Assembly: GCA_014905635.1 (NCBI GenBank) | Contig: JABVCE010000002.1 | Location: forward strand, 1,116,001-1,180,000 | Reading direction: 5' to 3' | Source of the DNA: Scenedesmus sp. PABB004 | Taxonomy: Eukaryota | Length of the DNA: 64,000 nucleotides | Shown here: in pieces, positions 53,770-64,000 of the stretch | Layout: each line of letters starts with the position of its first letter | Numbering within the stretch: the stretch's first letter is position 1 | Program-made: the position numbers and the translations under genes | The notes under the pieces: generated by a model | The model's input: only the letters and a program-made list of their open reading frames with translations | What the model was told of the DNA's origin: nothing | The model's database searches: none

Positions 53770-56313
53770 ATGGCGGGAGCGCGCGGACACTCCGGACAAC
53801 CGCGCGCGCGCGTGCTGCTGCCGGCAGGTGAGGCGTGGCCGAGCGTCGCGAGTAGCTCGTGGCAGCTCAGCAAGCTCGCAGCACAGCTGCGGGCGCGCCG
53901 CCGCTGCCCGGGGGCAGCGCGCCGCCGGCTGGCTGTACGCGGCGGCCAGCCTGCCGCGGCCTGGCCCGCGGCGCGCCCGATCTGCCGCCCCCGCTCCGCT
54001 CCGCAGTTCTGCTGGCGCTGCTGGCTGTTACACACCCGGCCGTGGGCGAGGCGGCGGGCGCGGCCGCGCGCAACGGCAGCGCGAGCGCGGCAGCGGCCGC
54101 GGCCGCCGCGGCCGCTGCCGCCGCAGCCGCGGCGCCGGCGCCGGCCGGCGCGCCCCCGGAGCTGCGCGCGACCATCATGCCCATCACGCCCATGCTGATG
54201 CCGAGCTGCCCGAGCGGCCTGGCGGGCGGCGTGCTGGACAGCGCCAACCCGATGACCTTCCCCGGGCGCAGCTGGCCGATGCTGAGCGTCGAGCAGCAGG
54301 CGCTGCACCCCATCAACCTGGTGTTCATGAACCTCGCGGGCGTGCCCTCCACGGAGCGGCAGGGCCAGATCACGCCCTGCCTGGGCACGTGGGGCGTGAA
54401 GAAGGGCAGCGTGAAGCGCATCAAGAAGGACTACCGCGTCGGCGGCTTTGCATCGATGAGCACCGAGGTGCTCGTCATGCGCACCAGCCGCGACGTGTTC
54501 GTGGTCTTCAGGCGCGGCGGCGGGCGCGCATGTGGCGCGCGCAGCGCGGCGCGGCGCGGCGCAGGCGGCGCGCGCGCCCCGCACCAGGCCGCGCCGAGCG
54601 CGGCGGCGCCGCCGCGACGCGCAGGGCGACCGACGACGACTGGGTGGCCGACTTCAACTGCATGTACACCGAGGCGCTGAACAGCAAGTTCAACGCGCCC
54701 GCCGGCAGCGCCCCGCTGCACCTCCACAAGGGCTTCTGGGCGGCGTACAAGGCGGTCGACTCGGCGCTGCAGTCGGAGATCAAGAAGGCCTGGTTCATGG
54801 CCAAGGTGCGCCCCGCAGCTGCCAGCCCCGGCGCGGCGGCACCGCCCGGACACGGCGCGGCAGCAGCGCTCTGTCGCAGCCCCGCGGCCGGCCGCGGCTG
54901 ACCGAGCCGCCGTCGCGCGCGGCGCTGCGCGCGTCGCCGCCGCCGGCGCAGGCGAGCAACCCGTTTGCCACCCCGACCGTGTGGTTTGTCGGGCACAGCC
55001 TGGGCGGCGCGCTGGCAAGCATCGCGGCGCTGAAGCTCACGCAGGATCCGCTCTTCCTCGGCCGCGTCGGCGGCGTGGTCAGCTACGGCAGCCCGCGCGT
55101 CGGCAACGCGGCCTGGGCGGAGCTGTACGACAGCAAGCTCAAGCCCATCACGCTGCGCTGGGCCAACTTCAGGGACTTTGTGTCAGCGCTGCCGCGCCAG
55201 GACCAGGCGCGCGCCGCTAAGAACCTGCGCGGGGCTGCCGCCGCTGGACGCCGCGCGCGCGCGCGCGTGCGTGCGCGCTCGAGGGACGGAGGCGCCGCCG
55301 CCGCCGCCGCCCCGCTCAGCCGCCGCGCGCCGCGTGCCGCCGCGACCGCCGCCGCCGCCGCGCAGCAAATGTGCGTCAACACCAACCTGCAGCTCTCGTA
55401 CAGCTTCCGCCACGTCGGGCGCGCGGTGCAGATGTGCCCCACGGCGGACGGGCTCGAGCGCTTTGTGTTTCACCCCAACGGCACCGAGGGCTCCTGCAGC
55501 GCCAACGAGACGCTCAGCATCGCCACGCACCTGCTGGGGCACTACTTTGACGGCTGGCGCCGCGCGTACGCGTACCGCTTCGGCTTCCCCGCGGGCCTCA
55601 TGCTCTCGACCAGCCTGCACGTGCGGTCGGTGATGTGCAAGGCCTGCGCGACGGCGGTCAAGCCCTACCCGCTGCCCACCAACAAGGCGGCGCGCAACGA
55701 CGGCGTCGTGACGTGCGTCAACACCCAGTCCTGCTCCGACCGGCTGCGCTTCGGGCTCGTCAGCTGGAGCGGCATCGTGCCGACCAGCCTCTACCGCGAC
55801 GATGCGACCTGCGACGCCGCGACGTACACGTGCCAGGTCCCCATCCCCGGCGTCGCGGCGGTCACCAACGTCGTGCGGCAGGCCAACATCACGTTTGAGG
55901 ACATGAAGGCCCTCGCCGCGACGGTCGTGCCGAGCACGTGGGCCGACGCGGGCGGCGCGATCAAGGACCTCGCCGCGACCGTGACCGACGCGGTCGTCCC
56001 CGACGCGCTCGTCGACGCGGGCAGCACGCTGCGCGACATCATCAACAGCGGCTCCCTCGGCGTCAACCTCACCGCACTGCCGCAGGCGCTGCAGAACTTC
56101 ATCCCCGGCCTGCAGAAGGAGGTGCCCGCGTACGCGCCCGGCACGGCCGCCGCCGTCGCTGCGGTCGCGCCGGCGAGCGTCGCCGCGGCCGCGCCCGTGC
56201 CGCCGCCGGCGGGCGCGGGCAAGCCGGCGGGCGCGGGCAAGAAGGCCAAGCCGGCCGCCGCGGGCGGCGGTGCCGGCGCGGGCGCGGCGCCCGCGCCGAG
56301 CCCCGCGAGCTGA
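53770..56313 (+). CDS. Class 3 lipase (secreted alpha/beta hydrolase)
   Basis: Signal-like N-terminus, VFVVFR, LHKGFW, nucleophile elbow [32 protein letters not shown] and THLLGHYF. Confidence 0.9.
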
Positions 56314-56663
56314 GCTGCTGGCTGGGTGTGTGCCGAGGGACCGTGTGCAGAGTCTATTGATGGCGCGCCGCCGTGCGAGCCAGGCAGCGCGCGCGATGGT
56401 GTTGTTGTTGACCGGGCTCCCTCATCTACAGCCGCCTGCCGCCTGCCTGCAAAAGGGCTATGCTGGTCGCGTGTTGGACCCCACTGCGGCATTTCATGTG
56501 TGCTTGCTTTGGTCGATGAAACACAATCCACGAGGCGCCCCGGGTTCAGCTGAGCGCGCGGGCGCTCCACTCCTCGCGCGCGTGCGCCACGCGCTTACAC
56601 ACCCGCTGCCCGCGCCCGCTCCACCCAACCCACCTCACGCCCCCAGCCACCCAGCCGCAAGCA

Positions 56664-57969
56664 ATGCAGCTCTCCGCGCAGCGCAGCGCGGCCGCGCAGC
56701 GGCCGGCGGCCGCCTCGCGTGCCGCGGCGGCGCTGCCGCGCTGCAGCCTGCGCGCCGCGCCCTTCACCGCGCCTCGCCAGCAGTCGGGCCTCGCGTCGTC
56801 CTGCAGCAGCGCGCTCGCGCCCGCGCGCCGCGGCCTGCAGGTGCGGGCGGCAGCAGCAACGAGTGGCGCGCGGGCGTGCTCCGCGCCCCGCGGGCGGCGC
56901 GCCCAGCGGGCCAGCCAATTGCGCGGCCGAGTCCCCGCGCTGACCAGGGCAGCGCGGCACGAGCAGGCGGCCGCCGCGCCGGGGGCGGCGAGCAGCGGCG
57001 GCCGGGGCCGCGGCACCAGCGGCGCCCGCCCGGCCGGGCGGGCCGGGCGGGGCCCGGCGGCGGGCAGCCCGCACGCCGCCGCCGCCGCCCACCGCCCTCC
57101 GCCGCCGCGCCGCCGCAGGCGCCCGCGGCGCGCGCGGGCCGCGCCGGCGTGCGGTCGCTGGCGGTGCGGTCGGAGATCAGCTACGTGATGGTCAAGCCCG
57201 ACGGCGTGCAGCGCGGCCTCGTGGGCGACATCATCTCCCGCTTCGAGCGCAAGGGCTTCAAGCTCGTCGGCCTGAAGCTCTACCAGACGCCCAAGGAGGT
57301 CGCGGAGGAGCACTACAAGGAGCTCAGCGCAAAGCCCTTCTACCCCAAGCTCGTCGAGTACATCGTGTCCGGCCCCGTCGTCGCGATGGTGCGGCGGAGC
57401 AGCCGCGCGCGCGCGCGCGTGCCGGGCAGCGGCGGCGGCGGCGCCGGCGGCGCGGCGGCGGCGGCACGGCTCACGCGCCGCGGCGCGCGCGCGCGCGCGC
57501 AGGTGTGGGAGGGCGCGGGCGTCGTCGCGTCGGCGCGCAAGCTCATCGGCGCGACCAACCCGCTCGCCGCCGAGCCCGGCACCATCCGCGGCGACTTTGC
57601 GATCGAGGTGGGCGCCGGCGCGGCGGGGCGGGGCGCCGGCGCGGCGGGGCGCCAGCCGGCTGGGGCGGGCGGCGGGCCCCGCGGCTGGTCGGGCGCAGCC
57701 CAGCAGCGCGCGCGCTCAGCCCGCCGCGCCGCCTGCCGCCGCCGCAGGTCGGGCGCAACATCGTGCACGGCAGCGACAGCGTCGAGAACGGCGAGCGCGA
57801 GACGGGTGCGCTGGCTGCCGGCGGCCCGCGGCGCGCGCCGAGCGCTCGGCTCCTGCCAGCGCGCGGCCCACGCCCACGCGCCCGCTGCCCGCCCCTGCCC
57901 GCAGCGCTGTGGTTCCCCGAGGGCACCGCGAGCTGGGACCAGACCATGACGCCCTGGCTGAAGGAGTGA
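56664..57969 (+). CDS. NDPK2: Nucleoside diphosphate kinase, plastid-targeted (NDPK2-like)
   Basis: Transit peptide, [32 protein letters not shown] and [10 protein letters not shown]. Confidence 0.95.
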
Positions 57970-57977
57970 GGCTCGGC

Positions 57978-58143
57978 GGCGCACCGGCGAGTCGTGACGC
58001 TGCGCCTGGAGCAGGGCAGCTGAGCGGGCGGCGCGCCGGGGCGGTCTGCAATACCTGAGCCCGCGACCACTCGCGCCCACGCTGTCCCCGCGACGCACAG
58101 CCCGGCGTACTTCCCGACGCGCCAGGCGCCCAGCCCCACGCAG
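57978..58143 (+). repeat. Direct repeat copy A: displaced copy of the HISN8 3' end and 3' UTR
   Basis: Aligns to 63008-63174 with 5 substitutions and 1 indel. Confidence 0.95.
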
Positions 58144-58862
58144 GATTGCGTCGGCCTGCGAGGCAGCGGCGCGCGCCGCCACCCGCCGCCTGCAACCGTC
58201 TGCCGGACCCCGCGCGCGCCCGAGCCGGCTCCGGCAGCGCTGGCGCGACGTGCGGGGCCGCTCGCGCGTCGTCGTCGATTCAGAGTACCGCCCCCCCGGG
58301 CGGGCGAGCACGCGCGTCGGGGCTGCTCGGCGGTTCAGGGCGGCACGCCGCGACCGTCTGCACAATCCGGTGCGCGGCGCTTGGGCACCAGATCGTGCAC
58401 GGTCGGAGGCACGCAGCGGTCACCCGCGCCCGGCGAGAGCCTCCCGCGATGCACAGCCGGTCGATCGGGCGACTGGGGCGCGCGCGCTGCTGGCAGCCCA
58501 GCCGGCGCGCGCCGCGATGGGCAGCCTGTGAGGTGCGTGTGTGGTGCGTGCGTCGCGGCCGCTCGGATCGCGCACTCCGCCGCCGGGCGCGTTCCGGAAG
58601 ATTCATGCCGCCGCCCCGCCCCGCCCCGCGCCGCGCCGCGCCGCCCCGCCGTCAGGCGCCGCGCCGCCCCGCCGTCAGGCGCCACGGCCTCGGTTGAGGG
58701 CGCGCTGGGCGCCATGGAGCCGGAGCCGGAGCCGCCGCCGCCGCCGATCGGCGCGCCGGCAGCAGCACCGGCGGCGGCACGAGCGGCGCGCGCAGCGGCG
58801 GCGGCCCCCCGGGCCCCCCGCCCGCGCGCGGCATCGACCCCGCCGAGTGCGCGGCGCAGCCC

Positions 58863-60521
58863 GTGGAGGGCGCCGACTGGGAGGCGCTGTGCCGCCACGC
58901 GCAGGCCCGCGGCGAGGCCGCCCGCGCGGCGGCGATGGCGGCGGTGCTCTCGGCGCCCGCCGCCAGCGTCGGCACGTCCGCCAGCAGCGCCGCGGCCAGC
59001 AGCGATGAGGAGGAGGGCGGACCGGCGGCGAAGCGCGCGCGCGGCGCCGACGCGGCGCAGCGCCGCAGCCGCGGCCGCGGCCGTGCGCGCTCGCGCGGCA
59101 GCGCCAAGGCCGCGACGCGCGGCGGCCGCACGCCCTCGCGCGGCGGCGGCCGCGCGCGCTCGCGCGGCGGCGCGGCGGCGGCGCCGCGCGGCCGCCGCAA
59201 GCGCTCGCGCGGCGCCGACGAGGCGTCGGGGCGTGCCTCGCCCGCGCGCGGCGCAGCGGCGGCCGAGGCGGGTGACAAGGCAGGGCGGCAGCAGCAGGCG
59301 CTGCCGCGCCACTTCGCCAAGCGCGCCAAGACACGGACCGAGCAGGCCAAAAAGGCAGCGGCCGGCTCTGGCATGCGTGAGTGTGCCCGCCGCGCGGCGC
59401 GCTGCCGGGCCGCCGGGCCGCTCTCTCGGCACCCTGCGCCACCGCCGCCCCGCGCCCTGCCCGCGCCCCCCTCACCTGTCCTCGCTCGCCTGCCCGCCCG
59501 CCTCAGGCGTGCGCGTCTGCGCGCTGCGCGGCGCCGTGCGCAAGCCAGAGGTGGTCCCCAACCTCGAGGCGCGGCCGCGGCCGTGCACGCGGGCGTGCGC
59601 GTCGTCGGAATCGACCCGGGCCGGGCCCGCATGGTTTGTGCCGCGACTTGGCGGCAGGGCCCGGGCTGCACGCGCGTCGGGCACCGCCGCATCGCGCAGC
59701 GGCGCTGCCCCAACGCGCCGCGCCACCTCGGCGACCACGGCCGCCGCTACGAGGCGGAGCGCATCATTAGAATAAAGACCGCCGCGCACCGCGACGCGCG
59801 CGGGATTGAGCGGCACCGGCTTTGGCAGGAGGGGCGGCCGGGGCGGTACGACCGCCGCCCGCCCGGCGGCGGCGACTGCGTGCGTGCCTGCCTGAACCGC
59901 GTGCCTGCATACTCGGGCACGAGCGTCGCCGCCGCCGCCGCGTGGCGCAACGGCCGGGTGCATCATGTGCTCAACAATGCATTCGCATATAGCTTGCTTG
60001 CGTGCCGTGCAGAGTGTGCGTGGCGGCTGCGGAAGCACGGGCTGAAGCAGCGCGCGCTGCATGCAGCCATTCAGTTGACCGCATACGGCCGGGTCTTTGT
60101 GCGCGGGCGCGTCCGGCCGCACGCGCGCCTGCCCGCCGACCTGCCCGCGGTGGTGCTGGGCATCGGGGACGCCAGCCTGGGCATGGGGGGCTGCATCTCG
60201 GGGCCGGGGCCGCCGCGGCAGGCGCTGCTGGACACCTACTACGCGCGCCGGCGCGTCGCCGCGGTGCTCATGGACGAGCACCGTACCAGCATCACCTGCT
60301 CGGTCTGCGGGGCGCGCATGGAGAAGCTGCGGGGCATTTACGGTCTGGTGCAGTGCCCCGGGTGCACGGTCGTCGCGCCGCGCGACGACAACGCGGCGCG
60401 CAACATCTGCGCGCTGACCCTGCACGAGTTGCTGCGCGGCGGCCGCGGCACGGCGGGCGGCGCGCGCCTCGCCGGCGCGTTCCGGCAGGCGGCCGCCGCC
60501 GCGGTGCTCCCCCCGGCGTGA
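58863..60521 (+). CDS. Fanzor (eukaryotic TnpB-like RNA-guided RuvC endonuclease), likely an internally deleted copy
   Basis: RuvC-I VRVVGIDPG (D at 59613), VVLGIGDA, DEHRTSITCSVCG (E at 60276), zinc finger C..C/CPGC and RuvC-III RDDNAARNI (D at 60384). Confidence 0.88.
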   Translation: MEGADWEALCRHAQARGEAARAAAMAAVLSAPAASVGTSASSAAASSDEEEGGPAAKRARGADAAQRRSRGRGRARSRGSAKAATRGGRTPSRGGGRARSRGGAAAAPRGRRKRSRGADEASGRASPARGAAAAEAGDKAGRQQQALPRHFAKRAKTRTEQAKKAAAGSGMRECARRAARCRAAGPLSRHPAPPPPRALPAPPSPVLARLPARLRRARLRAARRRAQARGGPQPRGAAAAVHAGVRVVGIDPGRARMVCAATWRQGPGCTRVGHRRIAQRRCPNAPRHLGDHGRRYEAERIIRIKTAAHRDARGIERHRLWQEGRPGRYDRRPPGGGDCVRACLNRVPAYSGTSVAAAAAWRNGRVHHVLNNAFAYSLLACRAECAWRLRKHGLKQRALHAAIQLTAYGRVFVRGRVRPHARLPADLPAVVLGIGDASLGMGGCISGPGPPRQALLDTYYARRRVAAVLMDEHRTSITCSVCGARMEKLRGIYGLVQCPGCTVVAPRDDNAARNICALTLHELLRGGRGTAGGARLAGAFRQAAAAAVLPPA

Positions 60522-60730
60522 GCGGTGTGTGCCTGCGCTGCGCTCTCCGTCCTGGGCAGGACGTTAAAAGGCCTCTTGCTGTTGTGTGTTGCCAGGTTAG
60601 GTCAGGCGTGTGCGCGTGCGTTTCTCGCATGGTCACCCGTTCCGGGTGGGGGGACCCCCTCGCGGGGGCACCGACCTGCGGGCCGGTCCCAAACCGTCAT
60701 GCCTCGCGCCGCAGTGGCCTGTTTCAGGCG
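60522..60730 (+). ncRNA. Candidate Fanzor omegaRNA scaffold (boundaries approximate)
   Basis: Directly downstream of the Fanzor stop, with several clean stems: 60548-60563, 60634-60648, 60651-60656/60685-60690, 60627-60633/60696-60702 and 60717-60729. Confidence 0.5.
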
Positions 60731-61052
60731 GCCGGCGATCAGAGGATGCCCATGGTCGGTGTTGGCGGCGGCGGCGCGCGCGCGCGGCGGCGGCGCGCGG
60801 CGCCGCGCACGCGCGCCGCGCGCCCGCGGCGTCGGGGCGCCCCCCGGGGCGCCCCGGCAGCCCCCATCCCCCCAGCCGCCGGTGTTGAGACCACCGGCCG
60901 GCGCTCCCACGGCGGTTGCGAGCCGGCGGGGAGCACGCCCTCTGGCGTGCCGCAGGTCACCGCCTCCCATCGGCCCAGTCCTCCGCCGCCCTAGAGCCGT
61001 CCCACCCGCGCCCCCGGCCACGGCCAGCAGCGCGCAGCCCGCGCCGACCGAG

Positions 61053-63053
61053 ATGCGCACCGCTGCCCTGGGCCGCGCGAGCAGCAGCCGCGTCGCGCGC
61101 GCGAGGAGCGGTGCCGGGGTGGTGCCGCCGTTTGGCCAGTTCGGCCGCGCCATGCTGCCGACGCCGCACCGCGGGCGCAGCGGGCGCCTGCGCGCGAGCG
61201 GCGTCGCGAGCGCGGAGCGGCTGCTGAAGACCGTGTCCAGCGAGGCGCTGAGCGATGAGGAGGTCAAGAAGCTGCTGCAGCGGCCGCGCATCGACTTCAC
61301 CTCCATCCTGAGCACGGTGCGTGGTGCAGCAGCACGCCGCCGGCTGCCGCGCCAAATGCGGCGCCCCGCCCCGCCGCCAGCCCGCAGCGCGGCGCACGAC
61401 GGCAGCATGACGCCGTGCCGGGGCCATGCGGCCGCTGAGGGCAGCAAATACGCGGCCCGCGCCCGCGCGGGCGCCGCGGCCGGCGCCGCTGCTGCGCCCG
61501 ACCCGGCGCTGCCGCCGCGGCTGCCGCGCAGGTGGGGCCCATCGTGGAGCAGGTGCGTGCCGAGGGCGACGCCGCGGTGCGCGCGCTCACGGAGCGCTTC
61601 GACAAGGTCAAGCTCGACGACGTCTGCGTGGCGACCGAGGTGCGTGCCGGCGCCGGCGCGGGCGCAGCGCGAGCGCGGCAGGCCGCCCTCACGACGCCGC
61701 CGCCTCGCCGCCGGCGCAGGACCTGCCGTGGCCGGTGCTGCCGGAGGAGGTGTCGCGCGCGTTTGACGTCGCGTACGCCAACATCCGGGCCTTCCACGAG
61801 GCGCAGCGCGGCGCCGACCTCAGCGTCGCGACGATGCCGGGCGTGACGTGCCGCCGCGTGACGCGGCCGATCAACGCGGTCGGGCTCTACGTCCCCGGCG
61901 GCACCGCGGTGCTGCCGAGCAGCGCGCTCATGCTCGCCGTGCCGGCGCAGATCGCGGGCTGCGGCACCGTCGTGCTCGCGACGCCGCCGCGCCCCGACGG
62001 CAGCATCACGCCCGAGGTGCTCTACTGCGCCAAGAAGGCGGGCGTGACGCACATCCTCAAGGCCGGCGGCGCGCAGGCGGTCGCGGCGATGGCGTGGGGC
62101 ACGGGCAGCGTGCCCAAGGTCGCCAAGATCTTTGGCCCCGGCAACCAGTACGTGACCGCCGCCAAGATGGCGCTGACCAACAGCGAGGCCATGATCGCCA
62201 TCGACATGCCCGCGGGGCCCAGCGAGGTGCTGGTCATCGCCGGTGAGCCGCCGCGGGCGCGGGGCGCGGGGCGCGGCGGCGCTTGCAGCGGCGCGCGCGG
62301 CGCACCCCGGCCGCCGCCGGCGCCGGCGCCCGCCGCCCGCCGCCCGCATCTGCCCACACCCGGCCGCTCGTGCGCGCCGCAGACGAGGGCGCCAACCCCG
62401 CGCACGTCGCGGCCGACCTGCTGTCCCAGGCGGAGCACGGCCCCGACAGCCAGGTCGTGCTGCTCGCGCTGCCCGGCGTGGACCTCGACGCGGTGCAGGC
62501 GGCGGTGCAGAAGCAGTGCGACGAGCTGCCGCGCAACGAGACCGCGCGCAAGGCGCTGTCGCACAGCTGCGTCGTGCAGGTGCGCGACCGCGAGGAGGCG
62601 TGCCGCATCAGCAACGCGTACGCGCCGGAGCACCTCATCGTCAACGTGGACGACCCCGAGCCCTGGCTGCCCCTGCTCGACAACGCGGGCAGCATCTTCA
62701 TGGGCCGGTGCGCGGCGGCCGGCGGCGCGCGCGCCCGCGCGCCGGCCGGCCGGTGGGCCCCTCGGGAGCCGCCCGCGCTCAGCGCGCGCCGCCGCCGGCA
62801 CCGCCGCCGCAGGTGGACGCCGGAGAGCGTGGGCGACTACGCGAGCGGCACCAACCACGTGCTGCCGACGTACGGCTACGCGCGCATGTACAGCGGCGTG
62901 AGCCTCGACAGCTTCACCAAGAAGATGACGGTGCAGAGCCTCACCTGGGAGGGCCTGCAGGTGCTGGGCCCCCACGTGGCCAAGATGGCGGAGGTGGAGG
63001 GCCTCGAGGCGCACCGGCGAGCCGTGACGCTGCGCCTGGAGCAGGGCAGCTGA
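61053..63053 (+). CDS. HISN8: Histidinol dehydrogenase, plastid-targeted
   Basis: [69 protein letters not shown] and [16 protein letters not shown]. Confidence 0.97.
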
Positions 63054-63174
63054 GCGGGCGGCGCGCCGGGGCGGTCTGCAATACCTGAGCCCGCGACCAC
63101 TCGCGCCCACGCTGTCCCCCGCGACGCACAGCCTGGCGTACTTACCGACGCGCCAGGCACCCAGCCCCGCGCAG
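63008..63174 (+). repeat. Direct repeat copy B (native HISN8 3' end and UTR)
   Basis: Near-identical to 57978-58143. Confidence 0.95.
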
Positions 63175-63233
63175 CAGCGGCAGGGGCGCACGCGGGAAGC
63201 AGCAGCGCCGCTCGCAGCCGCACGCGCCGCTGC

Positions 63234-64000
63234 ATGCCGCCCCTCGCCCGTGCGCGCACCCCAGAACTGATCAATAGCACCTTCGCGAGTTCGCGCGCGC
63301 GCCAGCGTCCGCCAGCGCGCTCGCAGCGGCCCGCGCCGGCGGCAGCAGCGGCAGCAGCACTCGCCGCGTGGCGGCCGGCAGTGTCGTCCCGCGGAAGCAG
63401 CAGCGGCAGCAGCAGCAGGAGCAGCGGCGGCAGCAGCCGCAGCCCGCAGCTGCCGGCGAGGCAGGCGGCGGGCGGCAGCGGCCGACGCCGCGTGCGGGCG
63501 ATGGTGGCGGCGGCGTCGGCGGCGGGCGCGCCCGGCCTGGGCGCGCCGCTGCCGCACGTCGGGGACGCCGAGTCGGGCTGCATCTACCTTGACTACAACG
63601 CCACGACCCCTATCTACCCGGAGGTCGCGGCGGCGATGCGCCCGTTCAGCTACGAGCTCTTTGGCAACCCCTCGAGCGGGCACGCGCACGGGCGGCGCAC
63701 GCGCGCCGCGGTCGACGCCGCGCGGCGCGCGGTCGCGGGCCTGATCGGCGCGCCGTCGCCGGGCGAGGTTGTGTTCACGTCCGGCGGCACGGAGGCGGAC
63801 AACTGGGCGATCTGGGGCGCCGTGATGGCGCGCCGCGCCGCGGTCGCGCCGGCGCTGCCCCACGTGGTCACGAGCGCAATCGAGCACCCCGCCGTGACCG
63901 CGTGCCTCGCCGCGCTCGCCGACGCGGGGCTGTGCACGCACGCGCGCGTGCCCGTGTCGTCGGAGGGGCTCGTGTCGCCCGCCGACGTCGTGGCCGCGCT
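63234..64000 (+). CDS. Cysteine desulfurase / selenocysteine lyase family PLP enzyme (5' part, truncated by the window end)
   Basis: IYLDYNATTP, FGNPSSGH, VVFTSGGTEADN and VVTSAIEHPAV, in frame with an ATG at 63234 through a transit-peptide-like region. Confidence 0.9.
   Translation, partial: MPPLARARTPELINSTFASSRARQRPPARSQRPAPAAAAAAALAAWRPAVSSRGSSSGSSSRSSGGSSRSPQLPARQAAGGSGRRRVRAMVAAASAAGAPGLGAPLPHVGDAESGCIYLDYNATTPIYPEVAAAMRPFSYELFGNPSSGHAHGRRTRAAVDAARRAVAGLIGAPSPGEVVFTSGGTEADNWAIWGAVMARRAAVAPALPHVVTSAIEHPAVTACLAALADAGLCTHARVPVSSEGLVSPADVVAA

Larger units (their letters stand above)
58144..60760 (+). mobile_element. Fanzor-carrying, probably non-autonomous transposon remnant (ends approximate)
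   Basis: Fanzor ORF, upstream hairpin and downstream structured RNA. It interrupts a run of housekeeping genes and no transposase ORF is recognisable. Confidence 0.55.

Noticed and set aside
58627..58683. 23-bp tandem duplication containing GTCAGGCG, a motif that also occurs at about 60601, as a TSD or element end
   Set aside because: It sits in low-complexity GC sequence and an 8-mer match is not significant.
58517..60753. 13/15 inverted match ATGGGCAGCCTGTGA (58517-58531) versus TCAGAGGATGCCCAT (60739-60753) as Fanzor element TIRs
   Set aside because: The match is short and imperfect, shows no target-site duplication and could arise by chance. It needs a multi-copy alignment before being called.
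56664..64000. NDPK-HISN8-cysteine desulfurase as a functional gene cluster or operon
   Set aside because: These are intron-containing eukaryotic genes from unrelated pathways, and their adjacency is explained by a compact genome.

Overview
Very GC-rich, intron-dense eukaryotic nuclear DNA with short introns and TGTAA-type poly(A) signals, consistent with a chlorophyte green alga (Selenastraceae-like, e.g. Raphidocelis/Monoraphidium; inference). It holds about 22 tightly packed spliced genes: a CDPK, a mitochondrial carrier, an HExxH metallopeptidase-like protein, a UBP3/4-type deubiquitinase, a secreted TIM-barrel glycosidase-like protein, a PA-domain subtilase, a START protein, a repeat protein, RER1, a WD40 protein, a HARE-HTH protein, an OPR-like protein, RHD3/SEY1, a BTB protein, a degenerate malic enzyme, a class-3 lipase, plastid NDPK, histidinol dehydrogenase and a partial cysteine desulfurase. 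The standout is a Fanzor (eukaryotic TnpB-like RNA-guided nuclease) locus at about 58.7-60.75 kb. It keeps the RuvC D/E/D triad and zinc finger, has a probable intron and internal deletion, and is followed by a structured omegaRNA-like region and preceded by a long hairpin. The element and HISN8 together lie between 166/167-bp direct repeats, one of which is a copy of the HISN8 3' end placed right after the NDPK stop. Also notable are frequent GC-AG introns and a malic-enzyme pseudoenzyme. Gene coordinates span start to stop including introns and were inferred by eye.
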